This document shows, in pieces, positions 7,615-16,990 of a DNA stretch of 64,000 nucleotides (positions within the stretch are counted from its first letter, which is position 1; each line of letters opens with the position of its first letter). The stretch spans positions 2,058 through 66,057 of the forward strand of contig JBBISD010000002.1 of the NCBI GenBank assembly GCA_037441485.1, read 5' to 3'. Made by a program: the position numbers and the translations under genes. Source of the DNA: Burkholderiales bacterium (GTDB lineage: Bacteria; Pseudomonadota; Gammaproteobacteria; Burkholderiales; Burkholderiaceae_F). The notes under the pieces are model-generated. The model searched no databases. It was given only the letters and a program-made list of their open reading frames with translations, and was not told where the DNA came from.

Positions 7615-9048
7615 CTAGCCCGGGTTCTTTGGACCCGGATCGGCGGCCCTGTCGGGCGAAGGGGGATCCTGACGCAGCCGCGCCTCGAGCTGATCGGGAC
7701 TCAGGCCCAGCATCCGCGCGGCGGTCTGGCGATCGCGCTCGGAGATCTGCATCGCGGTCTGCACGAAATAGCGCTCGGCCTGCGCCGATACCCGGGCGAG
7801 CAGCTCCGGCAGTTCCATCTGGCCGAGCTGGCGGGTCAGCGATTCGATCGCGCGGACGAGTTCGGCATTCTTCTGCGGCCGCTGCAGGCTGCGCAGGGTG
7901 TCCTGGTCCTGTACGCGGATGGTCAGGCCGATGCACTCCTGCTCCTCGTCGGCCAGCAGCGCCGCCGATACGTCGATGCGCGCCGTGCGCCCGCGCAGGC
8001 CGCGCATCGACAGCGAGCGGCGGGCGCCGATGCCGTGTTCGCGCGCCTGGGCGATGACATCGGCCAGGCCGGTGTCGATCAGGTCGACCAGGTGCTGCCC
8101 GCGGGCGTGGTTGTCGTCGGCGAATTGCGCCAGCTCGATGAAGGCCGGATTGGCCATCAGGATGCGCCCGCCGGTGTCGGCCACGACGACCGAGTCGGGG
8201 GTGCATTCGACCAGCTTGAGCAGCGTCCAGCTCGCGTCGCCCGCCTCGGCGTGCGCATCGGCCGCGCGGGCGCGCAGCAGCAGCAGCATGCCGTCGGCCG
8301 ACCGGAACGGCGTCGCCGAAAGGCGCACGCTGAGGCGGCGCCCGGCCAGCCAGGCGCGGGTCTCGGCCGCCAGGCCGGTGGCGCGCGTGCTGGCGAGCAT
8401 TTCGCCGACCGCGGGCCGCGACGCGCGGTCGATGCAGGACACGGTATCCATGCCGATCAGGCGGTCGAGCGCGATGTCGAACAGCGTGCCGGCCGCGTGG
8501 TTGGCGTCGACGATGCGCAGGGTCTCGGCGTCGACCACCAGCACGGCGTCGGTGGCCACCTGGAACAGCACGCGGTAGCGCGCTTCGGCCTGCCGGTGCT
8601 TCCAGTATTCGCGCTCGATCTCCTGCTGCGCATCGACGAACTGCTGCTGGATGGCGCCGATGGCGCGCAGGTCGCGGCCCACGGCCAGCACCGGACCGTC
8701 GGCGCCGAGGCGCACCGCGGCATACGACACGGGGATGTCGACGCCATCGGGAGACGGATGGTTGATCTCGCGGCGCCGCGAGATGCCGGTGGTGTCGGCC
8801 TCGCGCAGCAGCTCCTCGACCTTGGTGCGGGTTTCGCCGGTGACGGTGTCGGCCCAGGCGCGGCCAACCCAATCGCGGGCGCCGGGCGCCAGCTGCCCGC
8901 TGCCGCCCAACGCGACCTTGTCGATCACGCCGTGCGAATCGATGACCAGCGCGATATCGCTCGCCAGCGAGACGAAGGTCTCGGCCAGTTCCGGTGCGTG
9001 CTTCGAGAGGGCCGCCAGATCGGCGGTGGACCCCGAACGCTGGTTCAC
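7615..9048 (-). CDS. ppsR2: Second PpsR-family protein (PpsR2-like) with a degenerate HTH
   Basis: SDIALVID N-PAS, QQQFVDAQQEIEREY Q-helix, two PAS domains; C-terminus AARMLGLSPDQLEARL; GTG at 9048 with GGAG SD; co-oriented just upstream of bphP. Confidence 0.85.
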   Translation of the reverse strand: MNQRSGSTADLAALSKHAPELAETFVSLASDIALVIDSHGVIDKVALGGSGQLAPGARDWVGRAWADTVTGETRTKVEELLREADTTGISRRREINHPSPDGVDIPVSYAAVRLGADGPVLAVGRDLRAIGAIQQQFVDAQQEIEREYWKHRQAEARYRVLFQVATDAVLVVDAETLRIVDANHAAGTLFDIALDRLIGMDTVSCIDRASRPAVGEMLASTRATGLAAETRAWLAGRRLSVRLSATPFRSADGMLLLLRARAADAHAEAGDASWTLLKLVECTPDSVVVADTGGRILMANPAFIELAQFADDNHARGQHLVDLIDTGLADVIAQAREHGIGARRSLSMRGLRGRTARIDVSAALLADEEQECIGLTIRVQDQDTLRSLQRPQKNAELVRAIESLTRQLGQMELPELLARVSAQAERYFVQTAMQISERDRQTAARMLGLSPDQLEARLRQDPPSPDRAADPGPKNPG

Positions 9049-9382
9049 GTCAGTGACTCCGCTGCGGGTTGCGGCGCGGGCACCGGCTGCTGCCGGCGCG
9101 GACCAGGTCCCGGTGTGGGTTCCGCCGCCGTGTCCGGGGAACGCATGCAACGGGGGCCTGTTGCCAGACGCGTCGCTGACCGCACGTTGAAAACGGGATT
9201 CTAGACCATGGGAATCGTCGCCGGGGCGCTGGCGCGCGGGGAATTTGCGGCCTGCCGGGGGATTGTCGCGTGGCGGTCACGCCGTGGCCGGTGCCGATCC
9301 GGGCGCCACCCCGGCGCGCTGCCGCGACCCGCTGCGCGTTGCGCGATGTCCGGCCGGCAGCCGGCGATCGCCGCGGGCCGGT

Positions 9383-10330
9383 TCACGCGGCGCCGGTGTG
9401 GTCCGCGGCGCCGCCCGGCGCGTCGCCGGCCGGCGCGGCAATGGGAGGCGATTCGAGCTGCCGGACGAGGGCATACAGCGCGTGGTTGGCCGGCGCGGGC
9501 ACGCCACGCTCGCGGCCCCGCCGCACGATGATGCCGTTCAGGTGATCGATTTCGGTGCGCCGACCGCGCGCCAGGTCGTGCGCCGTCGACGACACCTGGG
9601 TCGGCATCGTCGCGGCGATGTGCTCCACCGCCGCCCAGGTCGTGTCCGGCAGCGCGACGCCCTCGGCGCGCGCCACGGCGCCGCATTCGTCGACCACGGC
9701 CTGCATCAGCGCGCGCACCTCCGGGTCCTGGAACAGCGGCCCGTACGGCCGCTGCGTGATGGCCGACAGCGCGTTGTAGGCGCAGTTGATCGCCAGCTTG
9801 GTCCAGAGCGCGGCGTCGATGCCGGCCGACACCGTGACGGGGACCCCGGCGGCGCCAAAGGCGGCCACGATGGCGGCGTCGCCCGGCGAGGGCGCGACCA
9901 CGAGCTCGCCGCGACCGTGGTGCCGAACGTGCCCCGGCCCGGCCATCTGCGCGGCGACGTAGACCGCGGTGGCCACGACCGGTTGCGCCAGCAGCGCCTG
10001 CAGGCGCGCGGCGTTGTCGACCCCGTTCTGCATGCTCATGACGATCGCCGTCGCGTCCAGGTGCGGCGCCAGTGCCCGCGCGGCGGCCTCGGAGTCGGCC
10101 GACTTCACGCAGCACAGCACCAGCGCCGCGCCGCGCACCGCGGCCGCATCGGTACTGGCGTGCAGCGCGACGTGGGTGTCGAGATCGCGGGTCTGCAGGC
10201 GCAGGCCGCGCGCGGCGATGGCCTCGACGTGGCGGGTCCGTCCGACCAGCACGACGTCGTGGCCGGCGCGGGCCAGCAACGCGCCGAAATAGCAGCCGAC
10301 GGCGCCGGCGCCGAAGACGGCGATCTTCAC
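9383..10330 (-). CDS. panE: 2-dehydropantoate 2-reductase (ketopantoate reductase family)
   Basis: GAGAVG, VKS, QNG, WTKLAINCAYN, SSTAHDL, TEIDHLNG. Confidence 0.88.
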   Translation of the reverse strand: MKIAVFGAGAVGCYFGALLARAGHDVVLVGRTRHVEAIAARGLRLQTRDLDTHVALHASTDAAAVRGAALVLCCVKSADSEAAARALAPHLDATAIVMSMQNGVDNAARLQALLAQPVVATAVYVAAQMAGPGHVRHHGRGELVVAPSPGDAAIVAAFGAAGVPVTVSAGIDAALWTKLAINCAYNALSAITQRPYGPLFQDPEVRALMQAVVDECGAVARAEGVALPDTTWAAVEHIAATMPTQVSSTAHDLARGRRTEIDHLNGIIVRRGRERGVPAPANHALYALVRQLESPPIAAPAGDAPGGAADHTGAA

Positions 10331-10749
10331 GGGTGCGCGCCTGGCGCCGGCGGCACCGGGCGCCGCAGCGCGAAGATGGCCGCCGCCAGCGCCAGGATGA
10401 GCGCCGCGATGCCCACCAGTATGGTCCAGGGCTTGTCCGCCAGGTCCATGGTGATCACCTTGTTGCAGAGGGCGATCAGCGCCGTCTGCACGACCAGCGT
10501 GGTATCGACCTCGTGCGCGAGGCGCAGGTGGCGCAGGATCTTGAGCAGTTCGACGCCGACCAGTACCGCAACGAACAGGCCGAAGACGTCGAACAGCGCC
10601 TTGGGTTCGGCAACCAGGTCATGCACCGAGATCAGGTCCTGCGCCAGCGACCATGCGGTGATGGCGGTGCCGAAAAGGATGGTCGCCATCAGCAGCACCA
10701 TCAGCGCGCTGACGGCGAGGCGCTCGAATTGTCCGGCCAGTTTTTCCAT
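10327..10749 (-). CDS. PsiE-family (phosphate-starvation-inducible E-like) membrane protein
   Basis: Four TM segments with LVGVELL and ALIALCNKVI patterns; overlaps the panE start by 4 bp. Confidence 0.7.
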   Translation of the reverse strand: MEKLAGQFERLAVSALMVLLMATILFGTAITAWSLAQDLISVHDLVAEPKALFDVFGLFVAVLVGVELLKILRHLRLAHEVDTTLVVQTALIALCNKVITMDLADKPWTILVGIAALILALAAAIFALRRPVPPAPGAHP

Positions 10750-10810
10750 CGGTGCTCGCCTCGTCGGGATCGGTGCGCGACGCCGATCATACGGCGCGCC
10801 GGCCTGCCGG

Positions 10811-11833
10811 TCAGGGGCCGCGCGTCAGGCCGAAGGCGTTCCACAACGCGGCCGTGAACAGCAGCACGGCCCCGGCCTGGTGGGCCGCGGCCAGCGGCAG
10901 CGCCACGCCCGACAGCAGGGTCGCGACACCCAGTGCCAGCTGCACCAGCAGGGCCAGCAGCAGCATGCCGGCCGCCGGCCGCGCCCCGCGGCGCCAGGCC
11001 TGGCGGGCCAGCGCGGCCACGGCCAGCAGGACGACGAGCGCCAGCGCGCGGTGCAGGAACTGTATGGCCGTCAGGTTATCGCGCAGGTTGTCGTACCATG
11101 GGCTCAGCGCCAGCAGCCCGTCGGGCAACAGGGCGCCGTTCATCAGCGGGAACGTTCGATAGGCCAGTCCGGCGTGCGCGCCGGCCATCAGTCCGCCGCT
11201 GAGTATCATTGCCAGCACGACCAGCACCGCGGCGCCGGCCAGTGGCGGCAATGTCCGGCGCGGCGTGCCGGCGGCGCGCAGTGCCCAGGCGTTCCACAGC
11301 AGCAGGCCGATCAGCAGCAGCGCCATCCCCAGGTGGGCGCTCAGGCGCAGCGGACTGACGCGCGGATCGCTGGCCAGGCCGCTGGCCACCATGTACCAGC
11401 CCAGCGCTCCCTGCAGCGCGCCCAGCGCGAAGATGGCCGCCAGCCGCAGCGGCAGGCCGCGCGGCAGGCGCCGGCGGGCGGCGAACCAAAGCAGCGGCAG
11501 CAGGAACGCGAGTCCCGCGATCCGCGCCAGCAGGCGGTGCGCGTATTCCCACCAGAAGATGGTCCGGAAGCCCTCGATATCCATGTCGGGATTGACGAGG
11601 CGGAACTCCGGCGACGCCTGGTATTGCGCGTACGCCCGTGCCCAGTCCGCTGCCGACAGCGGCGGCAGCACGCCGGTCACGGGCTGCCACTGCACGATCG
11701 ACAGCCCGGCGTGCGTCAGCCGCGTGATGCCGCCGACCAGCAGCACCACGACCACCAGCGCCGCGCAGGCCTGCAGCCAGCGCCCCGGCGCCGCGTGGCC
11801 GGCGGGCGGACCGCCCGGCGCATCGCTTTTCAT
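10811..11833 (-). CDS. ctaA: Heme A synthase (COX15/CtaA)
   Basis: GGITRLTHAGLSI, WEYAHR, QGALGWYMVASGL, SAHL, QFLHR, AAHQ; all four conserved His present. Confidence 0.92.
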   Translation of the reverse strand: MKSDAPGGPPAGHAAPGRWLQACAALVVVVLLVGGITRLTHAGLSIVQWQPVTGVLPPLSAADWARAYAQYQASPEFRLVNPDMDIEGFRTIFWWEYAHRLLARIAGLAFLLPLLWFAARRRLPRGLPLRLAAIFALGALQGALGWYMVASGLASDPRVSPLRLSAHLGMALLLIGLLLWNAWALRAAGTPRRTLPPLAGAAVLVVLAMILSGGLMAGAHAGLAYRTFPLMNGALLPDGLLALSPWYDNLRDNLTAIQFLHRALALVVLLAVAALARQAWRRGARPAAGMLLLALLVQLALGVATLLSGVALPLAAAHQAGAVLLFTAALWNAFGLTRGP

Positions 11834-12561
11834 CGTGCGGCGGCCGCCGGCGGGGGCCGGCGCAGCACCCCGACCACGGCAGCGCCGGCCATCGCCGCCA
11901 GCGCGTACCAGGTAATGGCATACGCCAGATGGTTGTCGTTGAAGCGCACGACGGTCAGGCCGCCGACCGGCCCGTCGGGGGCGGCCGGGCCGTCCGCATC
12001 GAGGAAATAGGGTGCCACCGTGCCCAGGCCGCGGGCCGCGGCGATGGACGCCACGTCACGCGAATACCAGCGGTCGTGCACCGGATCATTGCGATGCAGG
12101 AAGCCGCCGCCGGGCTCGCTCAGGCGCAGCAGCCCGCTGACGCGGACCGTGCCGCCGGGCCCGCCGCCGGCCGGTTGCTGCCATCCGGGCCCGACGAACC
12201 CGCGGTTGACCAGGATGACGGTGCCGTCGCCGGCCTGCAGCGGCGTGAGGACCCAGTAGCCGGCGCCCAGTTCCGTCGCCGCCTGCACCAGGGTCTGGCG
12301 CTGGTGGATCCAGACGCCGCTGGCCAGTACCCGGCGGTATTCGTCGTGCGCGGCATCCACCTGCGGCCATTGCGCCGGTCCGGGCGCCGGCACCGGTGCG
12401 GCCTGCAGGCGTGCGTCGACGCGGGCGATGAGCTCGTGCTTCCAGGCGCGGCGGGCGACCTGCCAGGTGCCCAGCAGCACGAAGCCGAGGCAGGCCAGTG
12501 CGGCGAGCAGCGCCAGGGCGCGGCGCGCCGCCGGCGGACGCGGTGCGGAGGCGGCGCTCAT
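11830..12561 (-). CDS. SURF1-family oxidase assembly protein
   Basis: LGTWQVARRAWK, GYWVLTPL, LVNRGFV, HLAYAITWY; ATG at 12561. Confidence 0.9.
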   Translation of the reverse strand: MSAASAPRPPAARRALALLAALACLGFVLLGTWQVARRAWKHELIARVDARLQAAPVPAPGPAQWPQVDAAHDEYRRVLASGVWIHQRQTLVQAATELGAGYWVLTPLQAGDGTVILVNRGFVGPGWQQPAGGGPGGTVRVSGLLRLSEPGGGFLHRNDPVHDRWYSRDVASIAAARGLGTVAPYFLDADGPAAPDGPVGGLTVVRFNDNHLAYAITWYALAAMAGAAVVGVLRRPPPAAAAR

Positions 12562-12598
12562 GGCCTGGACGGGCACCGGTACGGCGCGCGGCTCACTG

Positions 12599-12639
12599 CC
12601 CTCACCCCAAGGACCTCTCCTGCCGGCGCAAGCGGGGGG
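12599..12639 (+). repeat. Degenerate copy of a CCCTCACCCC...CCTCTCC...GGG REP/BoxC-like intergenic repeat
   Basis: CCCTCACCCCAAGGACCTCTCC...GCAAGCGGGGGG, similar to the copy at 41163-41200. Confidence 0.45.
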
Positions 12640-12698
12640 TTCCTCCGCGGATCGGCCGCGCTCGCGCAATGCAAACAGGACGTCCGGCAGCGGGCCAT

Positions 12699-13085
12699 CT
12701 ACGGCATGTTGCGCATCTGCTGCGTCGACAGCGGCATCATGTTCTCGTTGAGGTGGTACATCACCCAGAGCGAACCGCTCAGGGTGATGAGCACCAGGAC
12801 GAGGGTGAAGATCAGCGCCAGCAGGTTCCAGCCGCCCTCGGAGGAGGCGTTCATGTGCAGGAAATAGACCATGTGCACGACGATCTGCACCGCGGCGAAA
12901 GCCAGCAGCACGAAGGCCGCCAGCCGTGGATTGGCGATGGCCTTGCCCATTACCAGCCAGAACGGGATCGCGGTCAGGACCACCGACAGCACGAATCCGG
13001 TCAGGTAGCCCTGGAGGGTGGCTTGGCCGGCGTCGCCGTGGGCGTCGTCGCCGTGACCACCGGCGTGCGGATGCAGTGCGCTCAC
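12699..13085 (-). CDS. cyoD: Quinol oxidase subunit IV
   Basis: [35 protein letters not shown]; GTG overlaps the cyoC stop. Confidence 0.93.
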   Translation of the reverse strand: MSALHPHAGGHGDDAHGDAGQATLQGYLTGFVLSVVLTAIPFWLVMGKAIANPRLAAFVLLAFAAVQIVVHMVYFLHMNASSEGGWNLLALIFTLVLVLITLSGSLWVMYHLNENMMPLSTQQMRNMP

Positions 13086-13723
13086 GGCAGGACTCCCATC
13101 AGGTAGACGAAGGTGAACACCCCGATCCAGACCACGTCCAGGAAATGCCAGAACATGGACAGGCACATCAGGCGCCGGCGATTGGTCTCGTTCAGGCCGT
13201 GGCGCAGCACCTGGACCATCAGCGTCAGCAGCCAGACGATGCCGACGCTCACGTGCAGGCCGTGGGTGCCCACCAGCGTGAAAAACGACGACAGGAAGGC
13301 GCTGCGCTGCGGCCCCGCGTCCTCCTGGATCAGGTGCGCGAATTCCTGCAGCTCCACCGTGACGAACCCGGCGCCGAGCAGGCCGGTTATGGCCAGCCAC
13401 GCCAGGGTCGCGCCGCGCTGGTGGCGCTGCATGTGCAGCACCGCAAAGCCATAGGTGATCGAGGACAGCAGCAGCAGCGAGGTGTTGAGCGCCACCACCG
13501 GCAAGTCGAAGATCTCGGCGCCGGTCGGGCCGCCGGCATAGCTGCGCCCCAGCACGCCGTAGCAGGCGAACAGGCAGGCGAAGAGCAGGCAGTCGCTCAT
13601 CAGGTACAGCCAGAAGCCGAGCAGCGTGCCGTTGGCGGCGTGGCGCTCCTCGCTCAGGTGGAAGCGGGTCGGCTGGCCGGGCGCAGCGGCCCCGGGTCCG
13701 GCCATGACGGTGGTATCAGACAT
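13082..13723 (-). CDS. cyoC: Quinol oxidase subunit III
   Basis: [32 protein letters not shown]. Confidence 0.95.
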   Translation of the reverse strand: MSDTTVMAGPGAAAPGQPTRFHLSEERHAANGTLLGFWLYLMSDCLLFACLFACYGVLGRSYAGGPTGAEIFDLPVVALNTSLLLLSSITYGFAVLHMQRHQRGATLAWLAITGLLGAGFVTVELQEFAHLIQEDAGPQRSAFLSSFFTLVGTHGLHVSVGIVWLLTLMVQVLRHGLNETNRRRLMCLSMFWHFLDVVWIGVFTFVYLMGVLP

Positions 13724-15719
13724 GTTGGCCCAGCAGGCGGGTGCGGGATTCTTCCGTGCGGGCGACCTCGTCGGCCGCAATGTGGAAGTCCCGTGCGTAG
13801 TTGAAGGTGTGGACGATCGTGGCCACGATCAGCGCGGCGAAAGTGGCCGCCACGAGCAGCCACATGTGCCAGATCAGCGCAAAGGCGCAGGCCGTGCTGA
13901 TCATCGCCAGCACGAAGCCGGCCGCGGTGTTCTTCGGCATGTGGATGGCCCGGTAACCGCCGAGCGGGCGCACGTAGCCGCGGCGCTTCATGTCGTACCA
14001 CGCATCGCTGTCGTGGACCAGCGGCGTGAAGGCGAAGTTGTAGCCCGGTGGCGGCGAGGCGGTCGACCACTCGAGCGTGCGGCCGTTCCACGGGTCGCCC
14101 GTGACGTCGCGCAGCGCCGCGCGCCGCAAGAAGCTCACGACCAGCTGGACCAGGAAGGCGGCGATTCCGAGCGCGATCAATGCGGCGCCGAAGGCGGCCA
14201 GCTGGAACCAGATCTGCAGCGTCGGATCGTCGAAGTGGCTCAGCCGGCGGGTGACGCCCATCAGGCCGAGCACGTACAGCGGCATGAAGGCGAAGTAGAA
14301 GCCCACCAGCCACAGCCAGAACGAGCACTTGCCCCAGAACGGGTCGAGGCGGTAGCCGAACGCCTTGGGAAACCAGTAGGTGATGCCGGCCATCGCGCCG
14401 AAGACCACGCCGCCGATGATCACGTTGTGGAAATGGGCGATGAGGAACAGGCTGTTGTGCAGCACGAAGTCGGCCGGCGGCACCGCCAGCAGCACGCCGG
14501 TCATGCCGCCGATGACGAAAGTCACCATGAAGCCCATGGTCCAGAGCATCGGCAGTTCGAAGCGGATGCGGCCCCGGTACATCGTGAACAGCCAGTTGAA
14601 TATCTTGGCGCCGGTGGGGATCGAGATGATCATCGTGGTGATGCCGAAGAACGAATTGACGCTCGCCCCCGAGCCCATCGTGAAGAAGTGGTGCAGCCAG
14701 ACCAGGTAGGAGAGCACGGTGATCACGACCGTGGCGTACACCATCGAGGCGTAGCCGAACAGCCGCTTGCCGCAGAAGGTGGCGACCACCTCGGAGAAGA
14801 CGCCGAAGACCGGCAGCACCAGGATGTACACCTCGGGGTGGCCCCACACCCAGATGAGGTTCACGTACATCATCGCATTGCCGCCCAGGTCGTTGGTGAA
14901 GAAGTGCGTCCCGACATAGCGGTCCATCGACAGCAGCGCCAGCACGGCCGTGAGCACCGGGAAGGCGACCACGATCAGCGCGTTGGTGCACAGCGCCGTC
15001 CAGGTGAACACCGGCATGCGCATCATCGTCATGCCGGGTGCGCGCATCTTGACGATGGTCGCGATCAGGTTCACGCCCGAGAGCATCGTCCCCACCCCGG
15101 CCACCTGCAGCGACCATATGTAGTAGTCGACGCCCACGTCCGGGCTGTACGCCAGTCCCGACAGCGGCGGATAGGCCAGCCAGCCGGTACGCGCGAACTC
15201 GCCGACGAACAGCGAGACCATGATCAGCGCCGCGCCGCCGACCGTCATCCAGAAGCTGAAGTTGTTGAGGAAGGGGAAGGCCACGTCGCGCGCGCCGATC
15301 TGCAGCGGCACGACGAAGTTCATCAGGCCGGTCACCAGCGGCATCGCGACGAAGAAGATCATGATGACGCCGTGCACCGTGAACAGCTGGTCGTAGTGGT
15401 GCGGGGGCAGGAAACCGGTGGCATCGCCGAACGAGACCGCCTGCTGGGCGCGCATCATCACCGCGTCGCCGAAGCCGCGCAGCAGCATCACGACGGCCAG
15501 CACGATGTACATGACGCCGATCTTCTTGTGGTCGATGCTGGTGATCCAGTCGCGCCACAGCGGACCCCACAGCCGGAAATAGGAGATCGCGCCGAGCACC
15601 GCCAGGCCGCCCAGCGCGACGGCGACGAACGTACCCACGACGATGGGCTCATGCAGCGGCAGGGCCTCGAGGCTCAGGCGGCCGAGGAGGAGCTGGGTCA
15701 GTTGGGACGGATCGAACAT
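13716..15719 (-). CDS. cyoB: Heme-copper quinol oxidase subunit I
   Basis: RGFGD and HHYDQ quinol-site residues, WGHPEVY, WLHH, AHFH. Confidence 0.96.
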   Translation of the reverse strand: MFDPSQLTQLLLGRLSLEALPLHEPIVVGTFVAVALGGLAVLGAISYFRLWGPLWRDWITSIDHKKIGVMYIVLAVVMLLRGFGDAVMMRAQQAVSFGDATGFLPPHHYDQLFTVHGVIMIFFVAMPLVTGLMNFVVPLQIGARDVAFPFLNNFSFWMTVGGAALIMVSLFVGEFARTGWLAYPPLSGLAYSPDVGVDYYIWSLQVAGVGTMLSGVNLIATIVKMRAPGMTMMRMPVFTWTALCTNALIVVAFPVLTAVLALLSMDRYVGTHFFTNDLGGNAMMYVNLIWVWGHPEVYILVLPVFGVFSEVVATFCGKRLFGYASMVYATVVITVLSYLVWLHHFFTMGSGASVNSFFGITTMIISIPTGAKIFNWLFTMYRGRIRFELPMLWTMGFMVTFVIGGMTGVLLAVPPADFVLHNSLFLIAHFHNVIIGGVVFGAMAGITYWFPKAFGYRLDPFWGKCSFWLWLVGFYFAFMPLYVLGLMGVTRRLSHFDDPTLQIWFQLAAFGAALIALGIAAFLVQLVVSFLRRAALRDVTGDPWNGRTLEWSTASPPPGYNFAFTPLVHDSDAWYDMKRRGYVRPLGGYRAIHMPKNTAAGFVLAMISTACAFALIWHMWLLVAATFAALIVATIVHTFNYARDFHIAADEVARTEESRTRLLGQHV

Positions 15720-15809
15720 GGCGAGGCTGCTTTCGCGGTGTTGCCCGGGCGGGCCCGGCATGGGGAGGAGTCGATGGCCAATCCCGGCAGGGGCGGTCCG
15801 GCGCGGGCC

Positions 15810-16781
15810 TCAGTCGTGGCCGGCGTGCGCCGTGGCCGCGTCCATCGGCATCATGTCGCGCATGCACCGGGCGCCGGGCGCGACGCAGCGGTTGACGATG
15901 GCGTCGTACAGGTCGGGGGCCACGCTGGCATAACGGCGCACCGGCTCGCGCATGCTCGGGCGGCTCAGCTGTTCGTAGCCCTCGCGCCCCAGGCTGCCGC
16001 CGGCCGCGCGCACGTCCTGCACCCACCGGTCGAAGCCGGCGGCGCTCAGGCCGCGGAAGCGAAAGCGCATGTGCGAGAAGCCCGCGCCGCTGTAGTTGGC
16101 AGAGAAGCCCTCGTAGTCGCCCGCATGGTTGATGACCGCGTTGAGCCGGGTTTCCATGCCCGGCATCGCGTAGATCTGGCCGGCCAGCGCCGGCACGTAG
16201 AACGAGTTCATCACCGACTCGGCGGTGATGCGGAACTCCAGGGGCACGTCGACCGGCGCGGCCAGCTCGTTGACGACCGCGATGCCCTGGTCCGGATAGA
16301 CGAACAGCCATTTCCAGTCCAGCGCCACGACCTCGACCGTCAGCGGCCGCACGTAGCCGGTCACCGGGCGCTGCGCATCGATGCGCCCCAGCGGCCGGTA
16401 CGGATCGAGCGTATGGGTGCTGATCCAGGTGAGCGCGCCCAGCGCGATGACGATCAGCAGCGGTGCCGCCCAGATCACCAGCTCTAGCTGGATGGAATGG
16501 TCCCACTCGGGGGCGTAGCGTGCATCGGCATTGCCCTGCCGATAACGCCAGGCGAAGAAGAAGGTAAGGACGATCACCGGCACGATGATGAGCAGCATCA
16601 GGACGGTCGAGACCACGATCAGGTGGCCTTGCTGCTCGGCAACATCACCGGAAGGGCGCAGCAGCACCAGCTTGCAGCCCCCGAGCAGCGCGGCGGCACC
16701 GGCCGCTACCAGCGACCGGCAAAGACGGGCGGGCGACAACATGCGGTCAGCCACGGCGCGCTCAATCCGTGGAGAAGCCAT
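15810..16781 (-). CDS. cyoA: Quinol oxidase subunit II (no CuA site); start could be 16742
   Basis: LLGGC lipobox-like segment, DWKWLF, SANYSGAGFSHM in place of CuA ligands. Confidence 0.93.
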   Translation of the reverse strand: MASPRIERAVADRMLSPARLCRSLVAAGAAALLGGCKLVLLRPSGDVAEQQGHLIVVSTVLMLLIIVPVIVLTFFFAWRYRQGNADARYAPEWDHSIQLELVIWAAPLLIVIALGALTWISTHTLDPYRPLGRIDAQRPVTGYVRPLTVEVVALDWKWLFVYPDQGIAVVNELAAPVDVPLEFRITAESVMNSFYVPALAGQIYAMPGMETRLNAVINHAGDYEGFSANYSGAGFSHMRFRFRGLSAAGFDRWVQDVRAAGGSLGREGYEQLSRPSMREPVRRYASVAPDLYDAIVNRCVAPGARCMRDMMPMDAATAHAGHD

Positions 16782-16990
16782 AATGCAGGTACATTGGGTG
16801 ACCTCTGTTGCGGAATATTTTTGCTGTATAGCAACATTCTACATAGGTAAACGCCCGGCTCGCTCTTGCACAATCGTGCATATGCCGGCGACCGGCGTTC
16901 TTGCACTGGCCTGCATATGCAATGAAGGCAGGCATTATTCGCCTGCGGCGATTATTGGCAATCGCCGCAATCCACTACACCGACGCGCCC

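Noticed and set aside
5275-9204. 1309-aa plus-strand ORF
   Set aside because: Antisense shadow of bphP and ppsR2; high-GC codon bias suppresses stops; no recognisable motifs
9245-16487. 921-aa and 953-aa plus-strand ORFs
   Set aside because: Antisense shadows of panE/ctaA and cyoAB; Arg/Ala/Gly-rich with no motifs
16825-16843. Possible PpsR box upstream of cyoA
   Set aside because: Spacing is TGT-N13-ACA, not N12
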